The notes under the pieces were generated by a model, which saw only the letters and a list, made by a program, of their open reading frames with translations, was not told where the DNA came from and searched no databases. From Callorhinchus milii (taxonomy: Eukaryota), in contig NW_024704742.1 in assembly GCF_018977255.1 (NCBI RefSeq), positions 138,882,001 to 138,946,000 of the forward strand: a DNA stretch of 64,000 bases. The letters run 5' to 3'. Shown in pieces: positions 1 to 13,280 of this stretch. The translations under genes and the position numbers were made by a program. Each line of letters opens with the position of its first letter. Position 1 is the stretch's first letter.

Positions 1-109
1 GTGCCATCATCAGTAGTCCCCTGAAGTACTGCAGGCCTGCGTGGCTGAGGAAGCGGACAAGAGACCAGGCCAGAGACCTATGTCAGGGTCTTTAAACTCA
101 GAGTCTATC

Positions 110-245
110 TCAGTTGGAGGCGTACTGCATTGATGCAACATTAAAACACAGTCCCGTCTGCCTATTCAGGTTAAAGATCTCACGGCACTATTTGAAAAGG
201 GAAGGGAGTTTCTTGCTCCAGGTGTCCCTGGCCAACAATATCCCA
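110..245 (+). mobile_element. Old Deu-domain SINE fragment
   Basis: AAAAGATCTCACGGCACTATTTGAAAAGGGAAGGGAGTT...GGTGTCCCTGGCCAA resembles the Deu central domain (AmnSINE1/SacSINE1 type). Confidence 0.55.
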
Positions 246-269
246 AATAGGATTCACTCCTATTAAAAG

Positions 270-535
270 GATTCACATGCTAATAAAGGATGAGATAAAA
301 ACAGAAGAGTGAAGGGATTTTAAATCAGAAAATCAAGATGTAAGAAACAAGGGCCAGAAAACACGAGTGAGAGTAGTTTATAGACCCCCTAACAGCAGTT
401 ACAGTATTGGGCAGGATAATTAGAGGAGCATGTAGCAAAGGAAATACACTAATGGTGAGTGATTTCAATCTTCATATAGACTGGGAAAACCAAATTGGCA
501 AAGGTAAATTAGAGGATGAGTTTATAGAATGCCCC
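270..535 (+). mobile_element. CR1 LINE endonuclease fragment
   Basis: Encodes VVYRPPNS and DFNLHIDWENQ, APE endonuclease motifs typical of CR1 ORF2. Confidence 0.7.
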
Positions 536-599
536 TCAGGTCTCCTCAATCTTCACATCAAATGCCAAGTGCGAGGAGGTCATGGACTTCTTTTCAACT

Positions 600-2046
600 A
601 AAGTAATATCCGTCAGGCAGCCTCATCCTCCTGCCTCGTCAACCACCACCACCCCCTCTCCGTCCCCTCACCCTCCCCATCATCAGCTCCTACCATGACC
701 CCCATCCTACATTCCTTCCTCCCCATCTCCCTCCTCCCTCTCACCCACCATCACCTCAATGAAACCCACCACCTGCTGTCTCGACCCCCTCACCACCAAC
801 TTGCTGGTCACACAGCTCCCCCGCCTCTACCCACTACTGGCTGACAACATCAACTAGTCCCTCTCCTCTGGATCAGTCCTTTCCTCAAACCTGCTGTCAT
901 CAGCTCCCCTCTTGAAAAAACCCTCCCTAGATCCCTCAAACCCCAGCCACTACCGCCCTATTTCTAACCTGCCCATCCTTGTCAGAGTTCTAGAACGCGT
1001 TGTTGCCAATCAACTTCGCACACACTTCTCCTCCCACTCCCTCTTGGGGATGTCATCCGCAGACATGGGGTACGTTTCCACACGTACGCAGACGACACCC
1101 AACTCTACTTTTCCACCTCTCTTTGCGNCCCCCCAGTCCCCTGATGTTCTCCTGTCAGATCTCAGGGGTTGGATGAGCACAAACTTCCTTCAGCTGAACA
1201 TTGACAAGACGGAAGCCATACTCTTCGGCTCTCATCAACGTCTAAAATCTCACGGTTCTCACCTCCTCCACCGACCCGACCTCCCCCTAAAACTCTCCGA
1301 ACCCGTACGCAACCCAGGCGTCAGGTTCGACCCCCAAATATCCTTCCTCCCCCACATCCGGTCCCTCACCAGCACCGCTTTTTTCCACCTCCAACGCATC
1401 GCCCGTCTCCGCCAATACCTTCCTCCAAAAGCTGCTGAATCCCTGGTCCAGGCCTTTGTCACTTCTCGGCTGCACTACTCTAACGCCCTCCTCACCGGTC
1501 TCACCCTCCACTGCCATCCATAAAAACCAGGTCATCCAGAACTCTGCCGCCCGCATTCTCACCCGCCCCAAACCCCACTCCCCCCAGTCCTGGCCCTCCC
1601 CTCCACCCCCAAACCCCACTCCCCGATCTCCCCCAGTCCTGGCCGGACTGCACTGGCTGCCTATCCCAGAGAGGATCGATTTCAAGATCCTCACCCTTGT
1701 CTTCAAATCCCTCCACTCCTCTGCCCCCCCCCCCCCCCCCCAACCTCTCTGACCTCCTCTCTCCTCAAAACAATACCCGTTGCCTTGGTTCCTCCAGGTC
1801 TGCCCTCCTCCTCGTCCCCCTCCTCCTCCGCTCCACCCTCGGCGGCCGTGCCTTCAGCCACTACGCCCCGAGGCTCTGGAACTCCCTTCCTCACTCACTT
1901 CACCCCCTCTCTTCCTACTTTCAGGTCTCGGCTGAAGAGCTTTCTTTTCGACCGCGCCTTTGGTCACCTTCTTCCCCTCCCCCGGGATCCGTTACTGTGA
2001 AGCGCTCTGATATGCCGTCCAGCGTGGAGGGCGCTATATAAATCCA
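600..2046 (+). mobile_element. L2 LINE, 5'-truncated with internal RT deletion
   Basis: [80 protein letters not shown]. 3' tail ends GCGCTATATAAAT. Confidence 0.88.
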
Positions 2047-3057
2047 ATATATGTTGTGTAGTATATCCTGTAAAGGGCTTTGAGACTTCCTCGCGAGTAA
2101 GGAGTTATAATACAGTATATCTTTGTAGGCAACTGACAGCCAGTTAGAGCACAGCAACGTCTCAGACAGGAATGAACGACTAATTGTATCTGGGGATTGT
2201 TGGATAGAACTGGTTGACATCCAACACGCATGGGTTTGAGCTCTCACTGGGTGGCTGAAGGTACCAGGAACTCCCTGTGAGCTTCCTGTTGGCAACACAG
2301 CTCAACAAGTGTTCAAAGTGCAAGCCCAATGCCACGTACAGAGATTACTTATACAGGTCTTCATATGAGGCACTTTGGCAAACATACGTCTGCCATGAAG
2401 GTTAGGATGCTGTGCAACAGATCACTACTGGCCAGAGCCCACCCTCCCTCTTGCTTTCCCAACTGACTAGAAATCTACCTCACAGCTTAAGAATAATAAT
2501 AATCTTTGCATTCGATATAGCGCCTCATCACATCTTCAAGCCGTCTGTAAAGTGTAGTGACTTGCGTATTTTGTAGGCAAAACATGGCAGCCAATTGAGC
2601 ACAGCAGTGAGTGTCCCACAAACAGTTGTGGATTGAGTGACCCAATTATTCATTTTTTTGAAGGGATTATTATAGGATTAGTCCTGGATTTCTCAAAACG
2701 GACAGAAAGAAATCCCTCCTCTGCCCAAACCGTGAAGAACTGTTTGGAAGCATGTCTTACACACAATCAGGCAGAGAAAGGACAAGTGATGGTGGGGAGT
2801 GTGAAGGACAGATGAGGGTGTGGAGGGTGAAGGTTGGGGAGTAGAGGGTAATAGTGGGGGTATGGAAGGTGAGGGTGTGGAGGGTGAGGAGGGTGTGGAG
2901 GAGGGTGGGATGTGGAGGAGAAGGGTGAGGTTGGGGGTGTAGAGAGTGAGGGTGGAGAGGGTGTGGATGTGGAGAGTGTGGGTGGAGAGGGTGTGGGTGG
3001 AGAGGGTGTGGAAGGTGTGAGTGGGGCTGTGGAGGGTGGGTGTGGGGGTGGAGGTAC

Positions 3058-3206
3058 CTGTAGGATGGTAGTGTCTGTCAGTAGTTGTATCTCCAGCAGC
3101 TCTGAGATGTTGGAGACGATATCACACACTCGGTTGTACAACATGACAATGACGCGCTGTTTGTGGCTGGAGTACTTTGCTCGCTTGGCTTTTGAACTGC
3201 CACCTT
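3058..3206 (-). CDS. NIPBL: NIPBL coding exon (exon 18 equivalent), 149 nt
   Basis: (E)GGSSKAKRAKYSSHKQRVIVMLYNRVCDIVSNISELLEIQLLTDTTILQ. Acceptor ctttcag (an alternative in-frame AG lies 3 nt downstream), donor CAG|gtacct. Confidence 0.93.
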
Positions 3207-4267
3207 CTGAAAGGAGTAAACATCACAACATACATTACATTTACCAGCAACATCACCCACTGAGCAACAGAGGCAAGAGAGCAAGCAGGATCCCAACACC
3301 GACACACACACCACTATACTCCTGCTAGGCTTCACAAGGTCGCTTCACCGGCTCCCGTCGCCCCCTCCCCCACTCCATATCTGCCAGCAGCCCAACCCCC
3401 GCAGTCCACCCACCCCTCTGCTCCCCTGCAGCCCACCCCCACCTTCCCCACAGCTCACCCCTCACCGCTCCCCCGTAGCCCACCCCCCACAGCCCACCCC
3501 TCACCGCTCCCCCATAGCCCACCACCCACCGCTCCCCCACAGCCCACCCCACTACCCCGCAGCCCAAACCCCGCAGCTCATCCTCCGCAGTCCACCCCCC
3601 ATCGCTCCCCCGCAGCCCACCCCCCTCTCCCCCGCAGCACACCCACCCCCCTGCTCCCTTCCCCATCTCCCCGCCGCACCCGCTCCCCAGCCCCCTACCT
3701 CCCTGCCACGGGATTTGTGAATGACCATTTTCTGAGGTGACATTTACTTACTGGAATGAAAGCGGTTTTCCTCGTGATGTTTAGAAGTTGCTGTGAGGCA
3801 AAAGCAAAGGCCAGTTATCAATCATGTGACAAGTCACCATCTCTACACCATCCTCCACCGTTATGTGGTCTCATGTTAGAATCGTGTCCTGGCAATATCA
3901 ACCAGACAATCTGTACCAGCAGCAGAGCTGCTCACTGTAGCACCCCCTTTTTAGGGGGTGAGGGGTCAGCTGGGCGTCACATGCGGAAACCCATCACGGT
4001 ATTTAAGATTATCCAAACCAAATTGAGATTTCCATATATCCCATCCAGACATGGAAATTCCAGAGACAGATTGTTGGAATGCAATACGCTCTCTCTCCCT
4101 GGAGGGACACATCCTCTTAACTAATTCCAGAGAGTATTAGGCACAGGTTGGCAAGAGCCAAGGTTTGGGGACTCCAGAGTGTGTGTTGGGGTAACTGCTG
4201 GAGTCTAACCAGCTAAACCACACAGCTTGCCTTTGAGAGCACTGTCTGGCCAGCTTTCCGCTGCTTA

Positions 4268-4452
4268 TCCATCTAGCACCACCTGCCTGTTAGGGCTTTA
4301 GCTTGTCCATCTAGCACCACCTGCCTGTTAGGGCTTTAGCTTGTCCAGCTAGGACCACCTGCCCATGAGGGCTTTAGGTTGTCCAGCTAACACCACCTGC
4401 CCATTAGGGCTTTAGGTTGTCCAGCTAGGACCACCCTACCGTTAGGGCTTTG
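4268..4452. repeat. 38-bp minisatellite, about 5 copies
   Basis: TCCATCTAGCACCACCTGCCTGTTAGGGCTTTAGCTTG units at 4268, 4306, 4344, 4382 and 4420. Confidence 0.9.
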
Positions 4453-4500
4453 GCTAGCATGGAAATAAGGAGATGGAGACAATTAAGTTGAAGTGCTGAC

Positions 4501-4735
4501 CTGCGGAATGTGGGTCCACTCTATACACAGGGTCATACTGTGGGTACAGGGTGTTCTGAAGATGAAACTTGGTAAACTGAATGACCCTCTCTATCACATC
4601 ATCGATGTACACCGCTTTAGACATGTTGGGTGATGTCATGACATTGAGTGCAGTCAAGCAGGCGTCTGCAGACTTGGTGACTCGCTCCATAATCAGCTCC
4701 CGCCACAGCTTCTCTTCATCTTCCATATCATTGTC
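4501..4735 (-). CDS. NIPBL: NIPBL coding exon (exon 17 equivalent), 235 nt
   Basis: DNDMEDEEKLWRELIMERVTKSADACLTALNVMTSPNMSKAVYIDDVIERVIQFTKFHLQNTLYPQYDPVYRVDPHSA. Acceptor ttcccag, donor G|gtcagc. Confidence 0.96.
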
Positions 4736-5301
4736 CTGGGAATACAGGACACTCATGGTTAAACATTCGCTTACAAACTCAGAAAGCACCTTGTGTGCAC
4801 TGCAATGTACAGCTCCTGCAATTGACTTCTAGCTAAGGCATTATTACCCCTGGAAAGCAATCAACCAATTGACTAACAACCGGGTTCCTACTTACTGCTA
4901 GGTAAACAGAGGCATGTGGAGTAAGGAAACTTGCCCATAGTTTCGCCCTGCCTGGGAATCCAACCCAGGTTCTCTCGTTACAAGGCTAGTGCTCTACCCA
5001 CGAAGCGACAGGACTCCACATTTAGTTAAAAAGCAGCTGCAAGTTGTGTACATATACGCTAGAGGGCGAACTGCGTATTCAATTCAGAATCTTTTGTAGC
5101 ATGGAGATGATCAGCTGTAACAAAACAATTTGCACGTTTCAGGCTTTGATCTGATGGGTAGGTCATGCTGATAAGCTGGTCAAAGGAGCAGTTAAAGAGA
5201 TCGGTTCTCGCACAGGTTTTGAAATTAGAGAGAAGGAACGAGAAAAAGTCCGAGAGAAGCTCCAGAGGGCAAGTGGCTGAAATTACAGCGGCACTGGGCA
5301 T

Positions 5302-5632
5302 AATAATAATAATCCTTGCATTTGAAATAGTGCCTTATCACGTCTTCGAGACGTCTCAAAGCGCTTTACAGAATATACTGTAAAGTGAATTGACAGAATA
5401 TTTTGTGGGCGATACAGCAGCCAACTGCGCAAAGCAGCGTCCCACAAACAGTCGTAGATTGAATGAATAAATTATTTTTTTAAGCGATTATTACTCTCGG
5501 GAAAGCGATCTGCCAATTGACTAACAACCGAGTTCCTGCTTACTGCTAGGTAAACAGAGGCATGTGGAGTAAGGAAACTTGCCCAATGTTTTGCCCTGCC
5601 CTGGAATCGAACCTGGGTCCACTCGCTTGCTA
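5302..5632 (-). mobile_element. tRNA-Ala-derived SINE with L2-type tail (representative of older subfamily)
   Basis: B-box GGTTCGATTCC, CORE-like GGGCAAGTTTCCTTACTCCAC segment, Deu-like TTGGCTGC segment, tail GAGACGTCTCGAAGACGTGATAAGG..(TTA)n. Further copies or fragments near 2490, 4840, 12150, 13581, 15160, 18290, 19880, 21750, 25700, 26820, 27350, 30285, 33862, 38634, 41274, 44500, 45220, 46084, 51147, 53853, 59488, 62650 and 62925. Confidence 0.85.
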
Positions 5633-5634
5633 AA

Positions 5635-6460
5635 TCACCTAGTGTGAGCATATATAGACTGAAGAGGAGGGGAGAGGACAAAGCCCTGAGTAACGCCACA
5701 TGTGACAATGCGGGGCTAGAGGAGAAGATGTTGGTGGACATTGAAGACAATGAGAAAGGTAGGATTGGAATCAGGCAACGACAGAATCGTTGAGGTGGAG
5801 ATAGAATAGAGGCAGTGGAGAAAAATAGAGTGGTCAACAATATCGAAAGCGTCTGAGAGGTCGAAAAGGATGAGGAGACAGAAAGAGCCCTGGTCACAGG
5901 CGAATAGAATGTTATTGGTGTCTTTGACCAGGGCTGACTCTGTTCTGTGGGCGGCACAAAAACCTAGATTGGAGGGGTTCATGGAAGGAATGCTGGGAGA
6001 GGAAAGAGTGAAGCAGGCAAGTGTTTGCTCTTTCCTCTCCCCGTTCTATGACCTTGGAAAGAACAGGAAGGTTTAAAATGGGGCGGTAGTTGGGAGCAGA
6101 GATGGATCAAGGGAAGCTTTTTTGAGGGTAGGGGTGATGACGGCTGTCTTTAGGGGGATGGGTACAGTGCCAGTGGACAGGGAGAGGTTAACAAGGTCTG
6201 TCCATAGGGGGGTAAGGAGGTGGTGAGGAGAGGGGTGGCGATGGGGTCAAGGGAGCAGGTGGTGGGTTTCATACAGGAAATGATGGAGGTGAGGGAAGAG
6301 AGGGAGACAAGATCAAAAGTGTGGAGGGAGGAATGGAGGGTGGGGGGGCTGGAAGGGGAGCGAGAGGGGACGAGGTAGCGATAGAGGCAGCAAAGCAGAT
6401 CCCCTCGACTTTGGATTCGAGGAAGTCCATCATCTCCTCTAAAAACAGCCAGGAGATTCC
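5635..6460 (-). mobile_element. L2 LINE ORF2 fragment (RT N-terminal part)
   Basis: HRTESALVKDTNNIL...LILFDLSDAFDIVDHSIFL and TTCSLDPIAT. Confidence 0.85.
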
Positions 6461-6489
6461 CACCCCGCCCACACACCCCACACACAACC

Positions 6490-7125
6490 GGGGACTCCCC
6501 TCCCCCTACACACAGCCAGGGGACACCCCTCCCCCTACACACAGCCAGGGGACACCCCTCCCCCTACACACAGCCAGGGGACACCCCTCCCCCTACACAC
6601 AGCCAGGGGACACCCCTCCCTCTACACTCGGCCAGGGGACACCCCTCCCCCTACATACAGCCAGGGGACACCCCTCCCTCTACACTCGGCCAGGGGACAC
6701 CCCTCCCCCTACACACAGCCAGGGACACCCCCCCCCCCACAGCCAGGGGACACCCCTCCCCCTACACACAGCCAGGGGGACACCCCTCCCCCTACACACA
6801 GCCAGGGGACACCCCTCCCCCTACACACAGCCAGGGGACACCCCTCCCCCTACACACAGCCAGGGGACACCCCTCCCTCTACACTCGGCCAGGGGACACC
6901 CCTCCCCCTACACACAGCCAGGGGACACCCCTCCCCCTACACACAGCCAGGGGACACCCCTCCCCCTACATACAGCCAGGGGACACCCCTCCCCCCTACA
7001 CACAGCCAGGGGACACCCCTCCGCCCTACACACAGCCAGGGGACACCCCTCCACCTACACTCGGCCAGGGGACACCCCTCCACCTACACTCGGCCAGGGG
7101 ATTCCCTCTCCCTACACGCGGCCGG
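6490..7125. repeat. 29-bp C-rich minisatellite (about 21 copies) directly 5' of a CR1 ORF1
   Basis: CAGCCAGGGGACACCCCTCCCCCTACACA units. Confidence 0.92.
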
Positions 7126-7199
7126 GGAACTCCCTGCGCACAGACGGGGGATTCTCCCAATACAGATGGGGTATTCCCCACAGTGCACACAGACAGGAT

Positions 7200-10100
7200 A
7201 CCCTCTCCCCAGTGCGCGCAGGCCAGAGATTCCCCCCACGCACACTGTCCAGGGGTTTCCATCCAGTACACAGACAGCAAAAAAAGAACAGGCAGTACAG
7301 AAATGCCCTTAGAGTGTGGCACTCACAAACCGGTTCTCGGTACTGGACACTGGGGAGAAAGCCTCTGGTGAGAAGAGTCAAAAGGCGATGGATGTTCAGA
7401 GGCATAAGGGGCAAAATGCCAATGCTGTTGTTATCGGGGATACAACAGCTAAAGGGATAGATAGGCGTTTCTGCCATAAAAGACGGGACTCGTGCCTGGT
7501 ATGCTGCCTCCCTGGGGCCGGGGTGCAGGACGTCACGGAACGGGTGCAAAATATACTACAGGAGGAAGGGGAAAATCCGGAAGTGGTGGTCCATGTCGGG
7601 ATCCATGATGTAGGTGATAAAAGGGCTGAGACCCTACAAGAGAATATCAGAAACTTGGGAAGAAGCTGAAGAGCAGGACCTCAATGGTGGTGATCTCGGG
7701 ATTACTCCCAAAGCCTTATGCAAGTGAACAGCAAACCGGGAGGATCAAACACATGAATGTCTGGCTGGAGAAATGGTGCAGGATGGAGGGCTTCAGGTTT
7801 CTAAACCACTGGGACCACTTCTGGGGCAGATGGGACCTGTTCATGAGAGATGAGTTACACCTGAGCAGGGCTGGGACCAATGTCATTGTAACAGGGATAA
7901 CAAATCCTGCGGGGAAGCGTTTAAACTGATTTCGAGGGGGGATGGGGATCAGAATGTAGCATCAGGGAGGGGAAACGAGTTACATTGTGGACGAGGAGAG
8001 ACAAACGGAAATGAAACAAGGAATAGATCATCAAAAAGGGGAAAGAGGGGGGAGAAATGTAGAGCGGATTAAGCCGGTCTTGGAGTACATGTATGTAAAT
8101 GCACGGAGCGTGATCAATAATATTGGTGAGCTGCGGCTCAAGGTGCCACATGGGACTATGATGTAGCGGCAATTACGGAGACTTGGCTCAAGTAAGGACA
8201 GGAATGGGAGCTGAATATTCCTGGCTACAACCTATTCAGGAGGGATAGGGAAGGGAAAAAAGGAGGAGGGATGGCAACACTCATTAGGGACACGGTCACA
8301 GTCCTGGAAAAGGACGATGTGTTAGAGGGTCCAAAAACTGAACTATTTGGTTAGAGTTAAGAAGCAGAAAAGGAGCTGTTACTCTGTTAGGTATTTATTA
8401 TAGACCTCTAAATAGTGGGAAGGAGAGACTAGCAAATCTGCAGCAGATTTCGGAGAGACGCAAAACCAACAGAGTAGTGATAATGGGGGACTTCAATGAT
8501 CCTAACAAGACTGGGAAACACACAGTGTAAAGGGCAAGGAGGGGGAGGAATTCCTGAAATGTGTGCAGGAGATCTTTCCAGATCAGCGTGTTTCCAGCCG
8601 AACAAGAAAGGAAGCAGAGCTGGAATTAGTTCTGGGAAACGAAGTGGGGCAAGTGGAGCAGGTTTCAGTAGGAGAGCATCTGGACAACAGTGATCACAAT
8701 ATCATTAGGTTTAGAATAGTTACGGAAAAGGACAACAATCAATCAAAGGTAAAGACCCTCAACTAGAAGCGGATTAATTTCAGTGAGCTAAAAAGGGACC
8801 AGGCCAAGAAAGACAGGAAAGGGAGATTGGGAGGTAAGACGGCAAACGAACAATGGGAAGCCTTCAAGGAGGAGATAGTAACCAAGGTCACTATGGGAGC
8901 CACGGGGACAAATAGCGGAGGCTTTGGCCACAATTTCTCAATCTTCGTTGGACACAGGAGTGGTGCCGGAGGACTGGAGAGTGGCCAATGTGACTCTCCT
9001 GTACAAAAAGGGACAGAAGGACAAACCTGGGAACTCCAGGCCAGTCAGCCTGACATCAGTAGTGGGGAAACTCCTGGAGACTATAATCCGGGACAGAATA
9101 AATCTTCACTTAGAAGAATATGGGTTAATTAGGGACAGACAACACGGATTTGTTAAAGGCAAATCTTGTCTAACAAATCTAATAGAATTTTTCGATGAGG
9201 TAACGGAGAGGGGATAAAGGTAGTGCAGTTGATGTAGTTTATATGGACTTTCAAAAGGCATTTGACAAAGTGCCACATGAAAGACTTGTAAGAAAGATAG
9301 AAGCCAATGGTATAAAAGGGACAGTGGCAGCGGATCCAGAACTCACTGGGAGACAGAAAGCAGAGAGTTGTGGTGAACGGCTGCTTTTCTGACTGGAGGG
9401 AAGTGTACAGTGGTGTCCCCCAGGGATCGGTATTAGGACCACTGCTCTTCCTAATATACATAAATGATCTGGACTTGGGTATAGCAAATACCATTTCCAA
9501 GTTTGCGGACGACACAAAGTTAGGGAGAGGGTAAACAGTGAGAAGGATAGGAGCCGACTGCAGGAAGACAGAGACAGATGGTAAAATGGGCGACACGTGG
9601 CAGATGAGTTTCAATGTGAAGTAATGCATTTTGGTAGAAAGAATGAGGGGCAATATAGGCGCTAATACAATCTTAAGGGGGGGGTGAAGGAACAGAGAGA
9701 TCTGGGGGGGCAGGTAACTGGATCCTTGAAGGTGGCAGGACAGGGAGATAAGGCTGTAAAGGGGCATATGGGATACTGGGCTTTATAAATAGGGGCATAG
9801 AGTACAAGAGTCAGGAGGTGATGATTAACCCATATAAACACTGGTTAGGCCTCAGTTAGAATACGGCCCCAGTTCTGGGCCCCACACTATAGGAAGGACG
9901 TTAAGGCATTGGAAAGGGTACAGAGGAGATTTACGAGGATGGGACCAGGAATGAGGGACCGTGATGATGAGGAAAGGCCGGAGAGGCCGCGATTATTCTC
10001 ATTGGAGCAGAGAAGGTTACGAGGACCTAATAGAGGTCTTCAACATCATGAGGGGATTTGATGGGTTAGAGAGGGACAAACTGTTCCCACTGGTGGGAGT

Positions 10101-10406
10101 GTCGGTGACTCGAGGTCACAGATTGAGAATAGTCTCTGAAGGAAGCCGAGGGGAGGGGAGAAGACAGTGCTTCACGCAGCGCGTTGTGGGAATCTGCAAC
10201 ATTGCCTGAAAGGGCGGTGGAGGCCTATTCCATAACTACTTTTAACAACGCGGTGACGGGTATTTGAGGAGACGGGTTTGCGGGTTATGGGGAAAGGGCC
10301 GGGAGTGGGACTGACATTACATTGCTCTATTCAAACAGTCGCACAGACTCGATGGGCCGAATGGCCTCTTTTTGTGCTGTACAATTCCATGATTCTATGA
10401 TTCTAT
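7200..10406 (+). mobile_element. CR1 LINE with ORF1 esterase, endonuclease and RT, degenerate, with an internal deletion near 8880
   Basis: SGNH-like ORF1 (VVIGD...VCCLPGAGVQDV...VVVHVGIHDVG), EN region around 8090-8700, RT (VPEDWRVANVT...[24 protein letters not shown]), 3' ATTCTATG repeat tail. Confidence 0.9.
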
Positions 10407-10409
10407 AGT

Positions 10410-11745
10410 TCGGGGACAGAGCAAATACATTCTCACAAAGGGGAAAGAAGGGCATACAAACCTGCCTGGATGACTAAGGAAATTTGGATTAAAACAGAAA
10501 AAGGAGGTTTATGACAAATGTCAAGTCCAAAACACACAGGATAATCAAATAGAATATAGTACATATAAGTACAGAGGAGAAGTGAAAGGGAAATAAGGGA
10601 GCAAAGAGATTGCATGAGAAAAGATTAGCAGGAAACATAAAAGGGAACCCTCAGGTAATGTATAAGCATATCAAGAGTAAAAGGTTAGTCAATGGTAGAA
10701 AGGGGTAGTAAACGGTTGCTTTTCTGACTGGAGGAAGGGGTGTAGTGGTGTCCCTCAGAGGTCAGTATTGGGACCACTGCTCTTTCTGATCTATATTAAT
10801 GATCTGGACCTGGATATACGGAGCACAATTTCCAAATTTGCAGAGAACGCTAAGATAGGAAAAGTAGTTAATGGTGAGGAGGATAGTACCAGACTCCAAG
10901 AGGACTTAGACAGATGGTAACATGGGCAGATAGTGGCAGATGAGGTTTAATGTGGAGAAATGCGAAGTGTTGCGTTTGGGTAGGAAGAATGAGGAGAGGC
11001 AATATAAGCTGATGGTACAATCTTAAAGGGGGCAAATGAACAGAGAGACCTGGGGGTCCACATCAGCAAATCTCTGAAGGTGGCCGGACAGGTAGATAAA
11101 GAGGTTATAAAAGCATCCGGGATACTCGGCTTTACAAATAGGGCATAGAGTACACAAGTCAGGAGTTATGCTGAATATTTATAAAATGCTGATTAGGCCT
11201 CAGTTGGAGACTGCGTTCAGTTCTGGGCACTGCACTTTAGGAATGATGTTCGGGCATTGGAGAGGGTGCAAAGGAGGTTTACCCGATGGTACCAGGAATG
11301 AAGGACCTTAGTTATGAGGAGAGGTTAGAGAAACTAGGATTATTCTCCCTGGAGCAGAGAAGATTATGAGGGGATTTAATAGAGGTTTTCAAGATCATGA
11401 GAGGATTTGATAGGTTGAACCGGGAAAAACTGTTCCCACTGGAATGTGGGTCAGTAACCCGAGGACACTGATATAAGTTAGTTTAAGATAGATAGACAGA
11501 GGGCAGGTTAGGAGAAAATGTTTCACCCAAAGAGGTGTTGGGATCTGGAATGCATTGCCTGAAAGGGTAGTGGAAGCCGTTCCAATAACAACTTTTAAGA
11601 GAGAAATAGATGGGTATTGGGGAGGACAGGATTGCAGGGCTATGGGGAGAAAGTGGGCCAGTGGGACTGGGTTGGATTGCTGTTTTAGGAGCCGGTGCAG
11701 ACACAATAGGCAGAATGGCCTCTTTCTGTGCTGTATGATTCTATG
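10410..11745 (+). mobile_element. Second CR1 LINE (ORF2 fragments and 3' end)
   Basis: [24 protein letters not shown] RT segment, FTQR-type C-terminal segment and ATTCTATG tail. Confidence 0.85.
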
Positions 11746-11823
11746 ATATAGCTCCTTATCACGTTTTTGATGTCTCAAAGCACTTCAAAGAATATACTGT
11801 AAAGTGAATTGACTGTATGTTTT

Positions 11824-12143
11824 AATAATAATAATAATCCTTGCATTTGATATAGCGCTGTTCACGTCGGGAGGACGTCCCAAAGCGCTTCACAGAACAC
11901 ACAGTAAAGTGAATTGACTGTATATTTGTGGGCGAACGCGGCAGCCAATTGCGCACAGCAATGTCCCACAAACAGTCGTGGATTGAAAATGACCAATTTA
12001 TTATTGTTTTGTTTTGGAGGATTATTATTAGGCTCTGTGTGGAGTAAGGAAACTTGCCCGAGGTTTGGCCCTGACCCCCCGGGATTGAACTCCGGTCTCT
12101 CACTTGCAAAGCGAGTGCTCTAACCACTGAGCTACAGGACTCT
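11824..12143 (-). mobile_element. Young-subfamily tRNA-Ala SINE nested inside an older SINE (11746-11822 and 12150-12448)
   Basis: Complete head GAGTCCTGTAGCTCAGTGGTTAGAGCACTCGCTTTGCAAGTGAG to (TTA)n tail. The flanking sequences join into one older SINE copy. Confidence 0.85.
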
Positions 12144-12552
12144 ACGGGGCTTGTGGGCAAAACTCAGCAGCCAATCGCGCACAGCAGTGAGTGTCCCACA
12201 AACAGTCGGGGGATTGAGTGACCACGTAATTATTATTATTATTACACCTTTTATACCTTTTTTAAAAGAGATTATTACCCCCAGAAAAGCGATCCGACAA
12301 TCAACTAACAAGCGGGCTCCCACTTACTGCCAGGTAAACAGGCATGAGGAGTAAGGAAACTTTCCTAAAGTTTCACCATGCCCGGAATCAATCCGAGGTC
12401 TTCTCGCTTGCGAGGCGAGTGGTCTAACCACAACACTACAGGATTCTACAAGTTACATATTGCACAATATCCTAATTGTTCAACAATCGGCCCAGCTTTA
12501 ACCATATTCTGCTAGGTAGATCCACACGTTGACAACACATCTGAAAACTCAC

Positions 12553-12639
12553 GTGGTTGAATAAAGTGGAAAGTTTGGCCCCATCCTGTATGTTTTTCTC
12601 CAGGATACTCAGCACTTTCACCATCTTATCTGTTGGGAG
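12553..12639 (-). CDS. NIPBL: NIPBL coding exon (exon 16 equivalent), 87 nt
   Basis: LPTDKMVKVLSILEKNIQDGAKLSTLFNH. Acceptor cttcacag, donor CAC|gtgagt. Confidence 0.95.
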
Positions 12640-12899
12640 CTGTGAAGATACAATACAGTGAGAGATTAACATTTCTCCACACCAGAGCTTTAGAAGAAAT
12701 GAGACCTTCTAAGGATGGCCATGAAAGATGCACAACAATAATAGCATTCATACAGTGTCTTTCATGTCAAGGACGTCCCAAGGCTGGACAGTCAAGTGTT
12801 TACACCATTGACATGCAGACTTGGATTGACATGGAGCTCAGAGAATCTGCAGATCATTCATTACCTGCTCTATATATAAACTTCCTCCTTCAAAGCAAC

Positions 12900-13280
12900 A
12901 TCAACCTCCAAAGCTCACCCTCACCATCTTCCCCTCACACACCCTGATCCACACCATCTTCCCCTCAACAACACCCTCACACAATATTCCCCTCACTCAC
13001 ACACAATCTTCCCCTCACACACACCATTGTCTCCTCACACACCCCCTCACTAACACCATCTTGTACACACACCTGTGCACACACCCTCACACCCTCATTC
13101 ACACCCTCACACACACCACCTTCCCTTCACACACCCTCAGCAAACACCCTGACTCAACACTCTCACACATCCTCACACACACCCTCAACATACCATCTTC
13201 CTTTCACACACTCTCACTCACATACACCATCTTCCCCTCACACACACCCTCAACATACCATCTTTTCCTCACACACATCA
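12900..13280. repeat. CA/CT-rich degenerate tandem repeat
   Basis: Repeated ACACCATCTTCCCCTCAC / ACACCCTC units. Confidence 0.8.

Noticed and set aside
1..3057. Next NIPBL exon (VSSMGITPFF-like)
   Set aside because: Not found by eye; probably lies beyond the window start.
4268..4452. Regularly spaced 38-bp repeats (CRISPR-like period)
   Set aside because: Contiguous tandem units with no unique spacers, in a vertebrate intron.
6321..7460. 379-aa Pro-rich ORF
   Set aside because: Spans an antisense L2 fragment and a 29-bp minisatellite.
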